32,222 nt of DNA, taken from NCBI GenBank assembly GCA_002455605.1, contig DKLE01000256.1:1-32222 (forward strand). Direction: 5' to 3'. The notes below the pieces were generated by a model that was not told where the DNA came from, did not search any database, and saw only the letters and a list, made by a program, of their open reading frames with translations. Shown here in pieces: positions 26,297 to 32,222 of the stretch (position 1 is its first letter; the number at the start of each line of letters is the position of its first letter). Both the position numbers and the translations under genes were made by a program. Source of the stretch: Firmicutes bacterium UBA6648. GTDB lineage: Bacteria > Bacillota > Clostridia > Peptostreptococcales > Anaerovoracaceae.

Positions 26297-26896
26297 TTAA
26301 TGGAGCTGTTCTAATTGCCTCTGTAATTCTTCCAAGGCTTTTGCCCTATGGCTGATCTTGTTTTTTTCTTCCGGAGGAATTTCTCCGAAACTCACAGCAT
26401 AGCCTAAAGGTCTGAACAGTGGATCGTATCCGAAACCATTTTCGCCAGACTCCTCAAACAGGATATGTCCCTCGCATTCTCCCCTGGCAACAATTTTAGT
26501 TCCATTGGGATAAACCATTGTTATCACGGATACAAATCTTGCTGTTCTTTTTTCCATAGGAACATCCTTTAAAAGCTCCAGAAGCTTCGCATTATTTTTC
26601 TTATCGTTTCCTTCTTCTCCTGCAAATCTTGAAGAGTAGACACCCGGTGCTCCATCCAGTGCATCTACTACCAGCCCTGAATCGTCTGCAATAGTAATCT
26701 GATTGCACAGCATGCAAATTTCACTGGCCTTTTTTAAAGAATTTGCTTCAAAAGTCTCTCCGTCTTCTTCAATTTTTATTTTTGGCAAGCCGAAATCATC
26801 ACGGCCTACGATCTTCATTCCGAACTTTTCCGTAATAGCTTCCATTTCATCAATCTTATGCTGGTTCTGAGAAGCTGCAACTGCGATCATTGTCAT
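26297..26896 (-). CDS. rdgB: XTP/dITP diphosphatase (RdgB/HAM1)
   Basis: ADDSGL.VDAL.GAPGVYS, GFGYDPLF, KNKISHR; adjacent to rph; ATG 26896 behind GGAGG. Confidence 0.95.
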   Translation of the reverse strand: MTMIAVAASQNQHKIDEMEAITEKFGMKIVGRDDFGLPKIKIEEDGETFEANSLKKASEICMLCNQITIADDSGLVVDALDGAPGVYSSRFAGEEGNDKKNNAKLLELLKDVPMEKRTARFVSVITMVYPNGTKIVARGECEGHILFEESGENGFGYDPLFRPLGYAVSFGEIPPEEKNKISHRAKALEELQRQLEQLH

Positions 26897-26935
26897 TTCA
26901 CGTTCCTCCATCTACATTTTGTCCAATACTGTTTT

Positions 26936-27655
26936 TTATATTTCACCGATAATCTCTTTCTGTGCCCTATTCAATTCCATGCATCCTTTTTTCCCCAATT
27001 CCAAAAGTTCTGTTAAATCCTCGGATGTGAACGGAGCTTCTTCTCCTGTTCCTTGCACTTCGATATATTCTCCCTTATCGGTCATCACCAGATTCATATC
27101 CACCTGTGCTCTGGAATCTTCATAATAACATAAATCCAGCATTTTTTCTCCGTCTATGATTCCTACGCTCACAGCGGACACCAATCCTTTTACCGGGATC
27201 TCCTCTATCATGCCCTGCGCCTTCATCCATTTCATAGCTTCTACCATGGCTACAAAAGCACCTGTAATGCTGGCCGTCCTTGTTCCGCCATCTGCTTGTA
27301 TAACATCACAATCAATCCAAATGGTTCTTTCTCCCATTTTGGACATATCCACAACGGAACGAAGGGATCTTCCTATCAATCGCTGAATTTCCATGCTTCT
27401 TCCGTCAATCTTTCCTCTGCTGGCATCTCTTGTCTTTCTGGTTGCCGTGGAACGAGGTATCATACCATATTCCGCAGTAATCCAGCCCTGACCCGTACCC
27501 TTTAAATGCTTAGCCGTAGACTCATCAACGGAAGCCGTGCATATTACCTTGGTATTTCCCATTTCAATAAGCACAGAGCCTTCCGCACTCATCAAATAAT
27601 TGTTTGTTATTTTTACCTTTCTAATCTGATCCTTGTCTCTGTTATCCATTCTCAT
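26936..27655 (-). CDS. rph: Ribonuclease PH
   Basis: [35 protein letters not shown]. Confidence 0.97.
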   Translation of the reverse strand: MRMDNRDKDQIRKVKITNNYLMSAEGSVLIEMGNTKVICTASVDESTAKHLKGTGQGWITAEYGMIPRSTATRKTRDASRGKIDGRSMEIQRLIGRSLRSVVDMSKMGERTIWIDCDVIQADGGTRTASITGAFVAMVEAMKWMKAQGMIEEIPVKGLVSAVSVGIIDGEKMLDLCYYEDSRAQVDMNLVMTDKGEYIEVQGTGEEAPFTSEDLTELLELGKKGCMELNRAQKEIIGEI

Positions 27656-27681
27656 ATTATTGTTTTTCTCCTTCTGTGCAT

Positions 27682-28239
27682 CTAGGCAATAATTGCTTTA
27701 ATCCCTATAACAGCTAAAATTGCACCGCCTAAAATTTCTGCCTGACACCCCAATATGTCGCCGCATTTACGGCCGATCAATATAGCTGCTGATGTGAAAA
27801 CAACAGTAACTATTGCAATAATTGCAACAGCTTGAATGATATCTGCCTGTATAGCATTAAAGCCTACGCCTACAGCAAAAGCATCAATGCTCGTAGCTAT
27901 AGCCTGACAGACAAGAACCCCAAAGCTGAGTTTTTTATTGCCACATAGCATTAAAGGTCCTTTCCTGTGTTCAAAGCCTTCTTTAATCATTTTACCGCCG
28001 ATTATGCCTAAAATCAAAAATATAACGATACCTGCATATTTGGATATAAATCTGGCAAACAGATATCCCGCATAATTCCCGAGAAGCGGCATTAAAGCCT
28101 GAAATGTCCCAAAAAAAACAGGCATTGCCACATATTCTTTTATGCGTAAATTCCTATATACCATTCCGTTTGTCATAGATACTGCCACAGCATCCATTGC
28201 CAGTCCTATGCCAATAAAAAGGATCTCTGTTAATGTCAT
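27682..28239 (-). CDS. mntP: Manganese efflux pump MntP family
   Basis: Duplicated motifs LAMDAVAVS and [16 protein letters not shown]; hydrophobic throughout. Confidence 0.9.
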   Translation of the reverse strand: MTLTEILFIGIGLAMDAVAVSMTNGMVYRNLRIKEYVAMPVFFGTFQALMPLLGNYAGYLFARFISKYAGIVIFLILGIIGGKMIKEGFEHRKGPLMLCGNKKLSFGVLVCQAIATSIDAFAVGVGFNAIQADIIQAVAIIAIVTVVFTSAAILIGRKCGDILGCQAEILGGAILAVIGIKAIIA

Positions 28240-28290
28240 TTTTTTATTTCCCTTTTTACTTTATTATGGTTCGATATGCTTTCTTCCGGC

Positions 28291-28827
28291 TTAAAGCCCC
28301 GCCGACCCCACCGGAACCGCTCCTCCTATAGACTCTATTATTTCATCTGTCATAGCTTTGTTGAACCATCCGCACATTTCTATGAAATATACGCCCCTTT
28401 CAACCAATTTCTGAGCCGCCTCTTTAGCCATCTCCATATCTTTTACAAAGTATGCATGAAGATTGCAGCTATCTGATTTTATGCAGAGATCAGTCAAATT
28501 ATCAGCACCTTCTATGATTATTCCAAATTCTTTTAGAGATGTTAGTTTATTTAATTTATCCAATTCTTCAGGGAAATATTTCACATGAGACATTTTTACT
28601 TTATCCCCTGCAGCTTTTTCTAACCTTTCTATTTTTCGTCCATCAAATGCTCCGCAAAAATTCATCAGGGTATAGCCTTCATCTGCTAATTTTTTTACAA
28701 GCTCCTCTGTTGTTTTCATATCGGGGGAACCAATCACCAGATTATAACATTCTTCATTTTTATAAACTGCCGAGTACTCTTCCGGAGTTATATTCTTTAT
28801 TTCTGAAATAAATGCATATTTTAGCAT
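28291..28827 (-). CDS. DUF6506-like protein with two tandem domains
   Basis: Internal duplication: KLADEGYTLMNFCGAF and KLVERGVYFIEMCGWF. Confidence 0.65.
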   Translation of the reverse strand: MLKYAFISEIKNITPEEYSAVYKNEECYNLVIGSPDMKTTEELVKKLADEGYTLMNFCGAFDGRKIERLEKAAGDKVKMSHVKYFPEELDKLNKLTSLKEFGIIIEGADNLTDLCIKSDSCNLHAYFVKDMEMAKEAAQKLVERGVYFIEMCGWFNKAMTDEIIESIGGAVPVGSAGL

Positions 28828-28858
28828 TATTTACCTCCCAATTGTTTTTAATCAGATC

Positions 28859-28886
28859 ATTATAGCATAAATCCATAGACCTTCAA
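28859..28886 (-). promoter_or_regulatory. SigA promoter for the DUF6506-mntP-rph-rdgB-YihY run
   Basis: TTGAAG-16 nt-TATAAT with extended TG. Confidence 0.6.
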
Positions 28887-28997
28887 AGAATAATCATGTA
28901 ATATAAATTTAGTAAATTTAATTTATAACAATTATAGATTAAATATGAATTAAAATTAAAAATGAATGCTGATGTTTTCAGAAGGAGTGTGATATAT

Positions 28998-29906
28998 ATG
29001 AAAATGGTTATTCTTGACGGAGCCACCATCGATCCGGAGCTCTCATGGGACGGTCTCCGTAAATTCGGAGATTTGACGGTTTATCCCCGTACTCCCAAAG
29101 AGCTTGTTTTAGATAGAAGCCGTGAGGCAGAAGCCATCTTTATCAGTAAAATATCCTTAAAGAGAAATATCCTTATTAATTGCCCTAATTTAAAATTTGT
29201 AGGGGTTATGGCCACCGGATATAATAACGTGGATTTAGCTGCATGCCGAGAGCTGGGAATTGCCGTGTGCAACATACCTTCTTACTCAACGGATGCCGTT
29301 GCACAGCATACCTTTGCCCTAATATTAGAAATTTGCAGCCAGGTTTCTCTGCACAATCAATCCGTTCAGCAGGGTGAATGGTTTACTTCTCAGGATTTCT
29401 GCTATTGGAAGTCTCCGATTTTTCTTTTAAAAGGAAAAAGTATCGGCATAATCGGGTATGGAAATATCGGCAAGAAAGTAGCTGAAATAGCTCAAGCCTT
29501 TGGAATGACCGTTCATGTTTACAGTAAGGATAGAGAGGCAGCAATCCAGGCAGACATCCTGTCTCTTCACTGCCCTGCTACAGAAGAAAACGCCGGATTT
29601 ATTAATAAGGAATTCATTGGTCAAATGAAAAATGGCGCCATATTAATCAATACAGCGAGAGGAATACTTCTTAATGAACAAGATGTGGCAGAAGCTTTAA
29701 AAAGCGGTAAGCTGTCTGCCGCCGGTATGGATGTACTGGCCAAGGAGCCTGCTGATCCGTCCAACCCGCTTATCGGGCTGAACAACTGCTATATAACCCC
29801 TCACATGTGCTGGACTCCAAAAGAAATGCGCCAAATCATCATGGATGGATGCATTGCTAATGTAGAGTCCTTCCTGGCAGGACAAACTCTAAATCGAGTG
29901 GATTAA
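28998..29906 (+). CDS. D-2-hydroxyacid dehydrogenase (glycerate dehydrogenase/HprA-like)
   Basis: ATGYNNVD, GYGNIG, SLHCP, INTARG, ITPH; ATG 28998 behind AAGGAG. Confidence 0.9.
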   Translation: MKMVILDGATIDPELSWDGLRKFGDLTVYPRTPKELVLDRSREAEAIFISKISLKRNILINCPNLKFVGVMATGYNNVDLAACRELGIAVCNIPSYSTDAVAQHTFALILEICSQVSLHNQSVQQGEWFTSQDFCYWKSPIFLLKGKSIGIIGYGNIGKKVAEIAQAFGMTVHVYSKDREAAIQADILSLHCPATEENAGFINKEFIGQMKNGAILINTARGILLNEQDVAEALKSGKLSAAGMDVLAKEPADPSNPLIGLNNCYITPHMCWTPKEMRQIIMDGCIANVESFLAGQTLNRVD

Positions 29907-29931
29907 TAAACCAATTTTTTTGAAGGATAAT

Positions 29932-29996
29932 AAAAAACTGCTGTAAAGTAAGAGCTAAGCATACTTGAGCTATCGCCTTACAGCAGTTTATCTTTT
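29932..29996. terminator. Terminator between the convergent dehydrogenase gene and hydG
   Basis: AAACTGCTGTAA/TTACAGCAGTTT 12-bp stem around an inner hairpin. Confidence 0.65.
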
Positions 29997-30037
29997 TGTT
30001 TTAAAAAACACTTTCTCAACCGACAATAAAATAAAAA

Positions 30038-31456
30038 TCAGAATCGAAAATCTCTCTTGCCTTCTTCAATCTCCTTTAAATAGTTTAGTGCTATTCCTCT
30101 GGCCTTATCCGACGAAACATTTTTCATTTCCTCTAAAATCAGTGCTTCCCCTATTGTTTTTGTCTTTGGTGCTGCATAATCCACCAAATATTCTTTTAGC
30201 GTCATCAATGCATTCGGATGGCAGCAATTTTGAATTTGCTGCTTCTTACACAGCTCCATGAATCGATCGCCGGTTCTTCCCTCTCTGTAGCATGCCGTAC
30301 AAAAGCTTGGAATATACCCCAATTCCATCAGCCATTTTACCACATCATCCAGACATCGAGTATCACTCACTTCAAATTGTGCGGAATTTTCCTCTTTCGG
30401 CTCCTGTTCTACATAGCCGCCGACACTGGTCCTGGAACCGCCGCTGATCTGTGATACTCCCAGATGCAATACTCTCTCCCGGCATTTCTGACTTTCTCTC
30501 GTGGAAATAATCATTCCCGTATATGGTACCGCCACTCGGATACAGGCTACTATTTTGGCAAAGATGTCATCATCAATTCCCTTATCAAACACGTCCGGAT
30601 CAATGTCGTCTGCACGCCTTATTCGCGGCACACTGATGGTGTGAGGACCTACCCCATGTATGGCTTCCAGGTGCTCTGCATGCATCAGCAGCGAGGCAAA
30701 TTCATACTTATACAGCTCCAGCCCGAATAGTACACCCAGTCCAACGTCATCGATACCTCCCTGCATAGCTCTGTCCATAGCCTCCGTATGATACGCATAA
30801 TTATGTTTAGGGCCTGTAGGATGAAGCTTTTCATAGCTTTCCTTATGATAGGTTTCCTGAAATAAGATGTAAGTACCGATTCCTGCCTCCGCCAGTTTCT
30901 TATAATTTTCTACAGTTGTTGCCGCAATATTTACATTAACACGCCGAATGGCCCCATTTTTATGTTTAATGCTGTATATGGTCTTTATGCTGTCCAATAT
31001 ATAATCAATGGGGTTCATTTCCGGATCTTCTCCGGCTTCTATGGCTAGGCGCTTATGCCCCATGTCCTGCAAAGCCATTACTTCCTTCCTGATTTCCTCT
31101 TGAGTCAGTTTTTTTCTTGCAATATGACCGTTTTTCTTATGATAAGGGCAATATACACATCCGTTTATGCAATAGTTTGATAAATACAAGGGGGCAAACA
31201 TAACGATGCGGTTTCCATAGAAATCTTTTTTTATTTGTTCCGCCAAGGCATAAATCTCTTGATTCTTTTCCTCTATATCGCAGGCTAAAAGGACGGAAGC
31301 TTCTTTATGAGAAAGGCCCTTCCGCTCTTTGGCTTTGTCAATGATGCGGCCAATCAATTCACGATTATGCTTGTTCTTTTCTGCGTATTCAAGTGTTTCT
31401 AAGACCTCTTCATGAGATATAAACTCCTCCGCCTTTAACGATTTTGGATTATACAT
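30038..31456 (-). CDS. hydG: [FeFe]-hydrogenase H-cluster maturase HydG
   Basis: Radical SAM CINGCVYC; FQETY; C-terminal CTAC...CHPNA auxiliary-cluster motif. Confidence 0.95.
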   Translation of the reverse strand: MYNPKSLKAEEFISHEEVLETLEYAEKNKHNRELIGRIIDKAKERKGLSHKEASVLLACDIEEKNQEIYALAEQIKKDFYGNRIVMFAPLYLSNYCINGCVYCPYHKKNGHIARKKLTQEEIRKEVMALQDMGHKRLAIEAGEDPEMNPIDYILDSIKTIYSIKHKNGAIRRVNVNIAATTVENYKKLAEAGIGTYILFQETYHKESYEKLHPTGPKHNYAYHTEAMDRAMQGGIDDVGLGVLFGLELYKYEFASLLMHAEHLEAIHGVGPHTISVPRIRRADDIDPDVFDKGIDDDIFAKIVACIRVAVPYTGMIISTRESQKCRERVLHLGVSQISGGSRTSVGGYVEQEPKEENSAQFEVSDTRCLDDVVKWLMELGYIPSFCTACYREGRTGDRFMELCKKQQIQNCCHPNALMTLKEYLVDYAAPKTKTIGEALILEEMKNVSSDKARGIALNYLKEIEEGKRDFRF

Positions 31457-31503
31457 AATTTGTTCCTTTCTTGTGAGTCAGCTCTGCTTCCCCATCAGTA
31501 AAT

Positions 31504-32222
31504 TTATTTTATAAAGTCGCCTCTTTCAACAACGATTTCATAATCTATGGATTTCATCCGTAAGTCTAGGCACTGTCTGCATTCTGCAGCTTCATCTCCG
31601 GTACAGATCTTATTGTCATACAGCTCATAATCCTTTCGTACCGAAACCGGCGAGAGGTTTGGCATCACCACATTGGCTCCCGCAAGAATGCCCAATTCTC
31701 TCCCCCTGGGATTTATCGTTCCCAATGCAGTGGTAGCCGGCAGTAAGACCTTTGGCAGCATAAGCCGGCTCAGTCCCAGCAGAAACAGCGTCTGCTCTGC
31801 GGTTCCTCCCTTTTCTGCAGCAAAGGGCGTCTCATGGTGAGGAATAAATGGACCGATTCCCACCATATGGGGCTGAAATTCCTTGATATACAGTAAATCC
31901 TCTACCAGATTGTCAACCGTCTGAAAAGGCGAGCCCACCATAATGCCGCATCCCACCTGATATCCGATTTCCTTTAATTGCTCTAAACATTTTTTTCTGT
32001 GTGTCAGCGACATTTCTTCCGGGTGCAATTTCCTGTAATGTTGGGGATTAGAGGTTTCATGCCTCAGCAATATCGGTCAGCCCCCGCATGAAAATATAAC
32101 AGATAGGAATCATATTCCTTTTCACCGAGAGAAAGCGTTACAGCACAATCGGGATAATTGCTTTTAATTGTATAGATGATATCTGCCATCATGTTGTCAT
32201 TGTAATGACTATCTTCTCCTCC
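31504..32222 (-). pseudogene. hydE: [FeFe]-hydrogenase maturase HydE, partial and frameshifted near 32070
   Basis: Upstream frame GGED...VTLSLGE...AGADRY joins downstream frame LLRHET...GIGPFIPH...GANVVMPN...YDNK only if one T is added; true pseudogene or sequencing error. Confidence 0.85.

Noticed and set aside
515..30730. Many short antisense or alternate-frame ORFs in the track (e.g. 724-1011, 8437-8784, 18104-18673, 24148-24480)
   Set aside because: They overlap well-supported genes and show no recognisable motifs; shadow ORFs
31461..31470. hydG Shine-Dalgarno as a specific target of the candidate sRNA
   Set aside because: Only ~6 nt of generic anti-SD complementarity (UCCUUU/AAAGGA); not discriminating without computation

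Overview
Low-GC Firmicute (Clostridia-like) chromosomal window, almost all on the minus strand. Positions 1-14.6 kb hold a flagellar hook/basal-body/motor operon (flgC fliE fliF fliG fliH fliI fliJ fliK flgD TIGR02530-type gene flgE flbD motA motB fliM fliY cheY') that lacks flgB and fliL. Just upstream is a stand-alone PAS-like gene behind a c-di-GMP-I riboswitch. The rest is housekeeping: FAD oxidoreductase, DUF1292, uvrC, D,D-carboxypeptidase, ApgM-type mutase, divergent serC/serA, YihY, rdgB, rph, mntP, DUF6506, a D-2-hydroxyacid dehydrogenase, hydG and a frameshifted partial hydE. The most interesting signals are non-coding: (1) a candidate Fur-repressed ~120-nt sRNA with C-rich loops; (2) a three-way-junction RNA before flgE, next to a gene with a possible RNase-like fold; (3) twin CsrA-type hairpins and tandem Spo0A boxes before flgC; (4) a perfectly palindromic bidirectional promoter between serC and serA; (5) a 54-bp IS3-type MITE with a 3-bp target duplication inside a terminator. 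All calls are by eye; no database searches were run.
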